Shown: one piece after another, positions 30,461-38,495 of the stretch | How the letters are laid out: each line of letters opens with the position of its first letter | Numbering within the stretch: position 1 is the first letter of the stretch | IMG/VR virus record: IMGVR_UViG_3300029118_000008 | Length of the DNA: 53,152 nt | Strand: one strand, 5' to 3' | Origin: a virus | Position numbers and translations under genes: made by a program | Notes under the pieces: model-generated | Told to the model about the DNA's origin: nothing | The model's database searches: none | Seen by the model: the letters and a program-made list of their open reading frames with translations, nothing else

Positions 30461-31371
30461 CGGACGTGGAGCGCAACGATTTGCGCGAAGCCGCGCTGCA
30501 AATGCGCATAAAGGCGATGTACCAAGAGGCGCTTGACATCGCCACGGAGCGCCTGAAAGACTTCTTGCGGAAAAAGCAGCAAGTGGATGAAGGCAAGATA
30601 AAGCCGCCCGCGTACTACGACACGCCGGAAAAGGTGGAGCGGTGGAAAGCGGGTTTTGTCCGCGAACTCATCCGCCAATACCGGGTGGAAGAAGTCATCA
30701 TGGAGGAAATCTGCAAGGCAGGGAACCGGGCAACCGACGACATCCGGAACACGATGGGCGACGTGTACGCCGATAGTTTAGGCGAGGCGCAAACCGTCAT
30801 CGAGGCGCAGGCAGACCGCGCGGGTGTAAAGGTGTCGTTCGCGCAGCCCAACAAGCGCGAAATCAAAGCGATTTTCGCCGCGAACGAAACAGCATTCACG
30901 AAGCTGGCGTACAAGAATTTAGGACAGAACACCGAGATTCGCCACAAACTGCAAAACGCGCTGGCGCTGTCATCCACGCTGGGCGAGGACAGGAAGAAAC
31001 TGATGAACCGCATCAGCGACATCACAGGACAGAGCGAGTGGCAAGCGCGGCGCGTGGCGCAGACAGAGCGGACGCGGTCACAGAGCCAAGCGAGTTACGC
31101 CGCGTCGCAGGAGGCAGCAGACCAAGGTGTAACGGTTTACAACAAGTGGTTCTGCCGATTCCAGAATAGCCGTGAAGCGCATATGGCGCGACATGGCAAG
31201 ATGGCAAAACAAGGCGAGTGTTTTCCGAACAGCAACATCCGCTTTCCGGGCGACCCGAACGGCAGCGCAGCGGAAACAATCAATTGCTACTGCATGATTA
31301 TGCCGAAAGTCATCCTGTCCACCGAGTATGTGGACGCAGACGGCAACATCCGAAAGAAGGAAAAGAAATGA
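30457..31371 (+). CDS. Minor head / head-morphogenesis protein (Mu F / SPP1 gp7-like)
   Basis: RVAQTERTRSQSQASY...NSREAHMARHGK... pattern, positioned after the portal gene. Confidence 0.7.
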   Translation: MTDVERNDLREAALQMRIKAMYQEALDIATERLKDFLRKKQQVDEGKIKPPAYYDTPEKVERWKAGFVRELIRQYRVEEVIMEEICKAGNRATDDIRNTMGDVYADSLGEAQTVIEAQADRAGVKVSFAQPNKREIKAIFAANETAFTKLAYKNLGQNTEIRHKLQNALALSSTLGEDRKKLMNRISDITGQSEWQARRVAQTERTRSQSQASYAASQEAADQGVTVYNKWFCRFQNSREAHMARHGKMAKQGECFPNSNIRFPGDPNGSAAETINCYCMIMPKVILSTEYVDADGNIRKKEKK

Positions 31372-31787
31372 GCGGGTTCGTAGACCACACACCGGAAATC
31401 AATCAAAAGCTGGAACAGGCAATGTTTGTCGGACTTTTGGCGGTCGGGCAAGAAGCCGTCGGCATGGTACGCGAGAAGATGGTTACTGGCTATGAGCACA
31501 AGGTCTACGACACTGGCAATCTGGCGCGAAGCATTTCCGCCGACATCGACCAGGACAACAACGAAGTAACAATCGGCACAAACGTTGAGTACGCGCATTA
31601 TGTGCACGATGGACACGCCGGACACGCCGTTTTCTTTCCCAAGCTGGGCGACAAAGGCGAGTTCCGCGTCATGCCGGGAGGATACACCCCCGGCAGACCG
31701 TTTATGACGGACACGTTCGCGGATTCCGCAAACACGGAACGCCTTGTGGACATCATGGCGGACACAATCAAGCAGAATATGGACTAA
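31368..31787 (+). CDS. HK97 gp10-like virion protein
   Basis: DTGNLARSISADIDQDNNEVTIGTNVEYAHYVHDG matches the gp10-family signature. Confidence 0.5.
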   Translation: MSGFVDHTPEINQKLEQAMFVGLLAVGQEAVGMVREKMVTGYEHKVYDTGNLARSISADIDQDNNEVTIGTNVEYAHYVHDGHAGHAVFFPKLGDKGEFRVMPGGYTPGRPFMTDTFADSANTERLVDIMADTIKQNMD

Positions 31788-31808
31788 TTACAGCAATATC
31801 AGCGCATG

Positions 31809-31894
31809 GCAAAGCACCGCCGTGCGCTGTTTGCATATACGCGGAAAAGCAAAGCACCGCTTAACCGCAAACAATCAAAGGCGCAAAGCACCGC
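31809..31894 (+). repeat. Three exact copies of GCAAAGCACCGC in the scaffold-upstream intergenic region
   Basis: Copies at 31809-31820, 31849-31860 and 31883-31894, plus a partial AGCAAAGG at 31902. Confidence 0.9.
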
Positions 31895-31919
31895 GCCCCG
31901 AAGCAAAGGAGATTGAATC

Positions 31920-32516
31920 ATGAATATCCTCACCCGAAAAAACCTGAAAGCCCTGAATGTGCCTGATGAGGCGATTGACGCAATTGTGGAAGCACACAGC
32001 GACGCAATCAACGACATCAAGGCGGAGCGTGACAAGTACGCGGAACAGGCGAAGCAGATTGCAGCGCTGACCACGGAGCGCGACACGCTCAAGCAGCAGC
32101 TTGCCGACGCGAAGAAGAGCGGCGGCGACGCGCAGAAGATCCAGGAGGCGTTCGACGCCTACAAGCAGCAGGTGGAAACGGAGAAAAAAACCGCGACGTT
32201 GACAACCGCCGCAAGAAAGCTGCTGACAAGCAAGGGGATGCAGGAGAAACTTGCCGACCTTGTAATGGCAAAGCGCGGACTGGATGGCATCGAACTCGAC
32301 GACAAGGGCGCAATCAAGGACGGCGACAAGCTGATTGACGCGCTAAAGGGCGAGTACGGCGACCTTTTCTCCACGCAGCAGCAGCAGGGTACACCTACCA
32401 CAACCCCGCCGAGCGGCAGCAATGCCACGCACGGCAGCGGACGCGCCGCAGCACTGGCGGCGAAGTACGCGCAAGATATGTATGGCGCAGTTGCGCCGGA
32501 AGGAGCAAATAAATGA
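31920..32516 (+). CDS. Scaffolding protein
   Basis: Long coiled coil with a charged centre, positioned before the capsid gene. Confidence 0.65.
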   Translation: MNILTRKNLKALNVPDEAIDAIVEAHSDAINDIKAERDKYAEQAKQIAALTTERDTLKQQLADAKKSGGDAQKIQEAFDAYKQQVETEKKTATLTTAARKLLTSKGMQEKLADLVMAKRGLDGIELDDKGAIKDGDKLIDALKGEYGDLFSTQQQQGTPTTTPPSGSNATHGSGRAAALAAKYAQDMYGAVAPEGANK

Positions 32517-32872
32517 GCTTTACCAGCAATGCAACCGGGACTGTTTACCAGCCCGGTTATTTCCTCAAAAACGCGGAAGATGCAATCCGCGAAACCAAGC
32601 AGATTAAGCAGTCGGGCGCTACCACCGCCGAAAACGGCGCGAAGTACGTCAGGATGGGGACTGTTTACCCCGCGAACGACGGCACTGCCGTCGGCATCGT
32701 GTACGAGGACGTGGACGTTACCAGCGGCGACATGCCCGGCAGCGTCGTGACGCGCGGCACGGTTTACGAGAGCCGTCTCCCCGCCGCAATCAACAGCACC
32801 GCCAAGAGCGCGCTGACGGCAAAGGGCTTCTACTTCATCGCCGCCGAAGCCGCGACGGTGCGTCCGTACTGA
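32513..32872 (+). CDS. Head decoration-like / small capsid-associated protein
   Basis: 119 aa between the scaffold and major capsid genes. ATGA overlap. Confidence 0.4.
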   Translation: MSFTSNATGTVYQPGYFLKNAEDAIRETKQIKQSGATTAENGAKYVRMGTVYPANDGTAVGIVYEDVDVTSGDMPGSVVTRGTVYESRLPAAINSTAKSALTAKGFYFIAAEAATVRPY

Positions 32873-32887
32873 CGAAAGGAGAATACC

Positions 32888-34246
32888 ATGCAGATTCCAT
32901 CTTTTGAGAACAATATTTTCGGTCTTATCCCCAAGGAAGAGTGGCTGGACGTTGGCTTTAACGTCAGCCGCCCGAATGACCCGGTTGACGCGCTGTTTCC
33001 CGACGAGTACAGCGAAAATCTCGTGGCTAAGTGGCAGGAGATTGCCAACCAGTACCAGCTTCCCGTGATGGCTGACTTCCACAGCTTCGATAGCCGGACG
33101 AACATCGCCACCCGCATCCCCGTCGATACCCACAGCATCGAAAAGGGACTGATTAAAGTAAAGATTAACCAGTCCGAGCGTATGCGTGCGCTGCTGCGTT
33201 CCGGCGTGCAGAATGACGCTATGTACGACTACGTTATCCGTGACGGCATCATGCTTGCCGACCAAGTTGTGACGCGCACTAAGGTTGCGAAGAACGAGGT
33301 TCTGGCGACTGGCAAAATGACCATCAAGGAAAACGACCTCGACCTGACCATCGACTACGGCGTGAAGCCGGAACAGACGGAATTCACGTTCGATTTCAGC
33401 GAGGACGCGGACATCCCTGCACAGATTCAGTTCGTGGTTGATACCGCGCTGGACGCTGGCACGACGCTGGACACCATCGTAACGAGCCGAAAGGTTATCA
33501 ACAAGATTCGCGCGAACAGCGCAGTCCAGAAGCGCATCAACGGCACGTTGAGCGAGGGCGCGTATGTGAGCAATGCCGCGCTGAATACGTTCCTTTCCAC
33601 CGAGTACGGCATTAACCGCGTTATTACTAACGATTTGCAGTACGCCATTGACGGCGGCATCGGTGCGGACGGGCGACCGATTCGCACCACGAAGCGCTAT
33701 TTCCCGCAGGACAAGATGACGTTCCTCGGCACTGGCAGCGCCATGACGCGCATCGGCGCGGGCTTGTGGGGACAGACCCCGGAAGAGACGGTAAATACCG
33801 CAAACACCGGGCTTAACGTCAATCAGTCCGGGCAGCACCGCTATGTGATGGTGTCGCAGTGGGTGGAAAATGACCCCGTTGTGCTGTGGACGCGGGCATC
33901 CGGCTTGTTCATGCCGGTTATCTTCAATCCGCAGAGCATCTGGATTGCGACCATCACGGACGCGGCGACGGGTCAGTTGACGGTTTCCTCTGCCGCTGGC
34001 ACGGGCAAGGGCAACACGAAGCTGACTGTCAGCCCCGCGAAAGAATCCAGCTCCAATTTGTATAAGGTGAAGGCTGGCGCGACCGCGCCGACTGCGACCT
34101 ATGGGCAGAATGTCCGTACTTGGAGCAACTGGGACGGCACGTCTGACCTTGCGATTGCAACCGGGCAGAAGGTGACGGTTGCGGAATGCACCAGCGACTA
34201 CCGCGTGATTCGCTCCGGCAGCGCGACGGTGACGGCAGCGAACTAA
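32888..34246 (+). CDS. Major capsid protein with a C-terminal Ig-like domain
   Basis: 452 aa after the scaffold gene. The C-terminal ~100 aa (LTVSSAAGTGKGNTKLTVSP...KVTVAECTSDYRVIRSGSATVTA) looks like a Big/Ig-like beta-sandwich. Confidence 0.75.
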   Translation: MQIPSFENNIFGLIPKEEWLDVGFNVSRPNDPVDALFPDEYSENLVAKWQEIANQYQLPVMADFHSFDSRTNIATRIPVDTHSIEKGLIKVKINQSERMRALLRSGVQNDAMYDYVIRDGIMLADQVVTRTKVAKNEVLATGKMTIKENDLDLTIDYGVKPEQTEFTFDFSEDADIPAQIQFVVDTALDAGTTLDTIVTSRKVINKIRANSAVQKRINGTLSEGAYVSNAALNTFLSTEYGINRVITNDLQYAIDGGIGADGRPIRTTKRYFPQDKMTFLGTGSAMTRIGAGLWGQTPEETVNTANTGLNVNQSGQHRYVMVSQWVENDPVVLWTRASGLFMPVIFNPQSIWIATITDAATGQLTVSSAAGTGKGNTKLTVSPAKESSSNLYKVKAGATAPTATYGQNVRTWSNWDGTSDLAIATGQKVTVAECTSDYRVIRSGSATVTAAN

Positions 34247-34259
34247 TGGAGGTGGAAAC

Positions 34260-34688
34260 ATGGCTGTGACGCTGGAAATGGCAATGCGCGAGTGTAACAA
34301 CTTTTTTGAGCGCTGCAAGTACGCAGGAGAGATTCGCATTGCGGGCGGTAAAATCGTTCCGGATGTAGGTTCGCCCTATGTGTACATCAGCGGCAGCGCG
34401 CGAAACGACGGCGTTCACAGCCTTGTTTCTGGCGCAATGGAGGACGCAGACGGGGAGGAAACTTTCGACGGCACGTTGTGGTTTCTTTACCCGCCGCGCC
34501 CGTTTATCGAGATTGTAAAAGAATGCGCGGAGTACGAGACGAAAAACCCAACGGGGGCATACACCTCGGAATCGTTCGGGCATTACAGCTATTCGCGGGC
34601 GACTGGCAGCAACGGCGTTGTAACGTGGCAAGCGGCATTCGCGGACAAGCTGCGACCGTATCGCCATATGTACACGGAGGTGGGCTGA
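34260..34688 (+). CDS. Head-tail connector/adaptor (putative)
   Basis: Assigned by position after the capsid gene. 142 aa. Confidence 0.4.
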   Translation: MAVTLEMAMRECNNFFERCKYAGEIRIAGGKIVPDVGSPYVYISGSARNDGVHSLVSGAMEDADGEETFDGTLWFLYPPRPFIEIVKECAEYETKNPTGAYTSESFGHYSYSRATGSNGVVTWQAAFADKLRPYRHMYTEVG

Positions 34689-35029
34689 TGGCATGGACAG
34701 ACTTTCTGGATGACGCTTGTATGATGGACAAGCGCACGGAATCTGACGGCATGGGCGGCATCGTTGTCACATGGACAGACGGCGCGCCGTTTCGTGCCGG
34801 ATTCATCCGCAACAGCAGCACGGAAGCCCGGATTGCATACCAGAACGGCATCCGCGAACTGTTTACAATCGTGTTTTCCGATATGCTGGTACTCTTGCCG
34901 AACGACCGCGTGAAGCGGATTTCCGACGGCAAAGTCTTCCGAATCACGTCGGATTCGCGGGATATGACAACGCCGGAGCAGAGCGATATGCACTTCCGGG
35001 AGGCGGACGCGGAGGTGGTGACGACGTGA
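34688..35029 (+). CDS. Head closure / head-tail adaptor (putative)
   Basis: ATG overlaps the upstream stop (TGATG). Size and position typical of an SPP1 gp16-like protein. Confidence 0.45.
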   Translation: MAWTDFLDDACMMDKRTESDGMGGIVVTWTDGAPFRAGFIRNSSTEARIAYQNGIRELFTIVFSDMLVLLPNDRVKRISDGKVFRITSDSRDMTTPEQSDMHFREADAEVVTT

Positions 35030-35424
35030 TTGACTTGCAGCGGAAACTATACAAGTTTTGGAACAGTTTCACCTACGAGGGCAAGCCCATCCCTGCATAC
35101 ATCGAGGACGCAGTGCCGGAGGAAGCGTCTTTTCCCTATTTCGCGTTTCAAGTGCAAGAAGGGGACGCATTCGGAAAATCTGCAATGATTTGCACGCTGT
35201 GCTGTCAGGCGGAAAGTGGAAGCAACGTAAACTTGCAGCGCGCGGCAATCCTCGACGAGGTTCGCCGCGCCATTCCGCCGGAGGGAACTGCAATCTATTG
35301 CGACGATGGCTTTATCACGCTATACCGCAACAATAGCAACTTTTTCCGCCTCGAAGTGGACACGACGCTTAAAAGCGTCTGTTACGGGCGAATTTACTAT
35401 GAAATCGTGACTTATTACACCTAA
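35026..35424 (+). CDS. Tail completion / tail terminator-like protein (GTG start)
   Basis: GTGA overlap. 132 aa immediately upstream of the major tail protein. Confidence 0.45.
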   Translation: MIDLQRKLYKFWNSFTYEGKPIPAYIEDAVPEEASFPYFAFQVQEGDAFGKSAMICTLCCQAESGSNVNLQRAAILDEVRRAIPPEGTAIYCDDGFITLYRNNSNFFRLEVDTTLKSVCYGRIYYEIVTYYT

Positions 35425-35438
35425 TAGGAGGTAACAAA

Positions 35439-36044
35439 ATGACGACTGGTCTTCGGGCAAGCACATTTGAGAACTTGCAGCTCAATGCCGGAATGTTTCT
35501 TGCAAACTTTGACTATTCCACCGCCACGGACGCGGCGACGCTGGGCGCGCTGCTGAAAACGGAGCGCGAAAAGACAAGCGGCTCTGCGCTGATTGGCGCA
35601 ACGCGCGGCGGCGGCACGTTCGTCTGCACGCCCAACACGCGCAGCATCGAAGCGGACGGCAAGCGCGAGGAATGGAAAGGCAGCAGCGTCAATGATGGCT
35701 GGACTATCAAGCTGACGACTACCCTGCTCGAAATCAATGCCGACAACCTTAAGCGTTCTTTCGGCACTGCCGACGTAACGGACACGGAGAAGAAGCACAC
35801 CATCAAGATTCGCACCGACATCAAGGATGCGGATTATATTGATAGCCTTGTTTGGGTTGGCGACACCTCGAAGGGCTATGTGCTGATTGCCATCAAAAAC
35901 GCGCTGAACACGGCGGGCGCAACGCTGACGTGGACGGACAAGGGCGAGGGCACTATCCCGGTGGAGTTTACCGCGCATCAGGATGGGCTTGAAACCGACG
36001 GATATGCACCTTGCGAGGTCATTTTCTTCGACCCTGCCGCCTAA
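35439..36044 (+). CDS. Major tail protein
   Basis: 201 aa, positioned before the chaperone pair and the tape measure gene. Confidence 0.65.
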   Translation: MTTGLRASTFENLQLNAGMFLANFDYSTATDAATLGALLKTEREKTSGSALIGATRGGGTFVCTPNTRSIEADGKREEWKGSSVNDGWTIKLTTTLLEINADNLKRSFGTADVTDTEKKHTIKIRTDIKDADYIDSLVWVGDTSKGYVLIAIKNALNTAGATLTWTDKGEGTIPVEFTAHQDGLETDGYAPCEVIFFDPAA

Positions 36045-36098
36045 CAACACGCGGCAGGGTTCGCGCCCTGCCGCACTTAATTTTGAGGAGGAAAACGC

Positions 36099-36425
36099 AT
36101 GAATACCGCAACCGCATTTGAGCAGATGGCGAACGCTATTCCCTACATCGACAAGTTGGTAAACAGCAAGGAAATGAAAGCCTTTGTAGAAGAAAAGAGC
36201 AAGGGCGATGTTGTCGGACGCGACATCCTGATGAAGATGCTGCCGATTCTGTACGCCAAGCATCCCAAGGAAACGATGGGCATTCTCGGCGCCATGCACG
36301 GCAAGACGGCGGAGGAAGTCGCAGAAATGGACTTCACGGAAACCGCCGCCATGATGGACAAGGACACGCTCGATTCGCTGTTTGCTTTTTTTACCTTTGC
36401 GCTTCGTCTGGGGTGCATCATGTAA
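36099..36425 (+). CDS. Tail assembly chaperone (G-like)
   Basis: 108 aa, acidic, directly upstream of the tape measure gene. Contains the T7 slippery run. Confidence 0.7.
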   Translation: MNTATAFEQMANAIPYIDKLVNSKEMKAFVEEKSKGDVVGRDILMKMLPILYAKHPKETMGILGAMHGKTAEEVAEMDFTETAAMMDKDTLDSLFAFFTFALRLGCIM

Positions 36426-36712
36426 TCCCTGCGCTGTACAAATACCGCCCGCAAAACGTGCACGCGCTGGGGGTGCTTCTGGCGCACGAAACGCAGGAGG
36501 AAGCAAAACGTTGCTACATGGCTAATATGGCGTGGATGACGGTGCTTGCTATTTCGTCGTTCGGCGGCGCGAATCTGGAAATTCCGTCATACAGCGACGT
36601 TTTCGGCGAAGAGAAACATGAAACAAAGCAAAAAACAGCAGAGGAAATCTGCGACGATATTATAAACGGATTAATGGCGAGGGGAGGTGCAGAAGATGGC
36701 GGAAGCATTTGA
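36099..36712 (+). CDS. Tail assembly chaperone -1 frameshift product (GT-like)
   Basis: T7 run at 36386-36392. The -1 frame is open from there to 36712 and overlaps the tape measure start. Confidence 0.6.
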
Positions 36713-37413
36713 GTTGTACGCAAGTTTCAAGATTGATACAAGCGGCTACACGCAAGAGCTGAATAAAATCCGGCAGGAAATGCAGCAGTTTCAGCAGGAA
36801 CTCAACAGCCTTGCTATTCATCCGACGTTTGACGGCGGACGTTTCCAAATGGAATTGCAGCAAGCACAGCAGCAGTCCACGCAAGCGGCGGAGGAAATCC
36901 AGCGTTTGCAGCAGCAAATCCAGTCTTTGCAGCAAGCCGCAGACGGCGGCGGTTCTGGCGATTCGGGCGGCGGTGTGCTTAGCGGATTTTTGAGCCAACT
37001 CGATGTTATAGGTGATATTGCAAGCGGGCAGTTCCTTGCCAATATGGCAGTGAATGGCATCAATAGCATTATCGACGGCGTCACGGGTTCAATTAGCGAA
37101 TCAATCGGACTTGCGTCTGACCTTGTGGAGACGCAGAACGTTGTTGATGTGACGTTTGAGGATTCCGCGTCCACCATCAATAAGTGGGCGCAGGAGGCGC
37201 TGAACGCATACGGCATCACGGAAACCAAGGCTAAACAGTATTCGTCCACGCTGGGCGCTATGCTGAAATCCATGGGCATAGCGGATGACCAAGTTCTCCA
37301 AATGTCTATGGATATGGCGGGGCTGGCGGCGGATATGGCGTCTTTTTACAACCTCGACCACGACACGGCATTTGAGAAAATCCGCTCCGGCATTTCCGGG
37401 GAAACAGAACCGT
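36696..37413 (+). CDS. Tape measure protein, exon 1
   Basis: ...HDTAFEKIRSGISGETEP(L) is the conserved TMP core and breaks off at 37413. ATG at 36696 lies 8 nt after GGGGAGG. Confidence 0.8.
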
Positions 37414-38495
37414 TGATTTTAGCGGCTTAATGGAGAAATCCATTCTGAAACTGCTGGTGAACGCAAGCAAAAGCGGTGTGCATGAAAATGCGCTAACGGT
37501 AAAACTCTAAACTTGTTGAAAAGTTTGTGGATTTGTGATATAATACCTTTGAGGTGAAAAATTTGAAAGGTGTTATCTATCGCTATAATTCCCCAAGCGG
37601 AAAAATCTATGTAGGGCAAACAATGATTCTCGAAAGAAAGCGAATCGACAAGCATAAATTCGAGGCGTATACAAAGAAATGCAATACGCCGTTTGGAAAT
37701 GCGATTCGCAAGTATGGATGGGAAACAATCAGGGCAACATACGCAGTAATTGAACATGTCGAAGGGATAGACAAAAAGGACTTAAAAGCTAAACTGACGG
37801 AACGCGAAAACTATTGGATTCAAGAGCTTGATACATTCGTTCCCAACGGTTACAATGTAAAGCTGACAAATCAGCACACATTAGGCGAGTACCGGAATAA
37901 AGAAGCCATGTATAAGAAAATCAGCAACACGCTGAAAGGAAAATACATGAACCAGCCGTCTACGAGCAAACCAGTTATTGATGCAACCACAGGGATAACG
38001 TATCCGTCAATCAGCGAAGCAAGCCGCAGCACGGGCATATTCGTTCAATCAATATGCGGAGTGCTTAAAGGGAGATACCTTCACGCGGGCGGGCATCGTT
38101 TCTGCTACATAAAGGACGATGGAACACCCGACACGTCAAATCTTCGACAGAAAAGAAGAAAGCAACTGCCAGTGTATTGCCCCGAATTGGATAAATCGTT
38201 TGTTTCAGCCTATGAAGCAGCTAAGTATATTGGGCATCCGGACGGGAAAAACAACATACGCACTGCCGCGCAGACTGGTAAACAACGATATGGACTTACA
38301 TGGGTTTATAGCAAGCAAGACAATACCGTGCCAAGCCAACAATCATGACGCAGAAATGCGTCTTTTTTGTTGGAAGGTGTAACGACTAATTGTAGCGTCG
38401 AGATTAGCACGACGCGAAGTGCCAGCCGCCCCCCCGAAAGGGCGAAGAGATAGTCTAATCCCCTACAAAATATCGGGAAACCGAGGGTATAAATG
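37414..38495 (+). mobile_element. Group I intron (IA2/td-like core) carrying a GIY-YIG homing endonuclease
   Basis: U37413 pairs with G37422 (U-G) in P1 (ccgu/gcgg). P10 is gauuuua (37415-21) against uaaaauc (38496-502). The terminal nucleotide is G38495. P7-like gacua (38384-88) / uaguc (38451-55). Splicing restores ...EPLKSLGINMS... in frame. Confidence 0.8.
37554..38348 (+). CDS. GIY-YIG homing endonuclease (I-TevI-like) with two NUMOD/IENR-type HTH repeats
   Basis: GVIYRYNSPSGKIYVGQT...RIDKHK...ENYWIQELDTFVPNGYN. The start is probably the TTG at 37563, 6 nt after GAGGTG. Confidence 0.85.
   Translation: MKNLKGVIYRYNSPSGKIYVGQTMILERKRIDKHKFEAYTKKCNTPFGNAIRKYGWETIRATYAVIEHVEGIDKKDLKAKLTERENYWIQELDTFVPNGYNVKLTNQHTLGEYRNKEAMYKKISNTLKGKYMNQPSTSKPVIDATTGITYPSISEASRSTGIFVQSICGVLKGRYLHAGGHRFCYIKDDGTPDTSNLRQKRRKQLPVYCPELDKSFVSAYEAAKYIGHPDGKNNIRTAAQTGKQRYGLTWVYSKQDNTVPSQQS

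Noticed and set aside
32159-34339. Very long minus-strand ORF (726 aa) spanning the scaffold, decoration and capsid genes
   Set aside because: Its translation is R/A/G/V-rich low-complexity sequence typical of the antisense frame of GC-rich coding DNA. It has no SD or promoter context, and the + strand encodes a coherent scaffold / major-capsid series. The same reasoning applies to the antisense ORFs 8637-9398, 18349-19272, 35421-36506 and 44366-45247.
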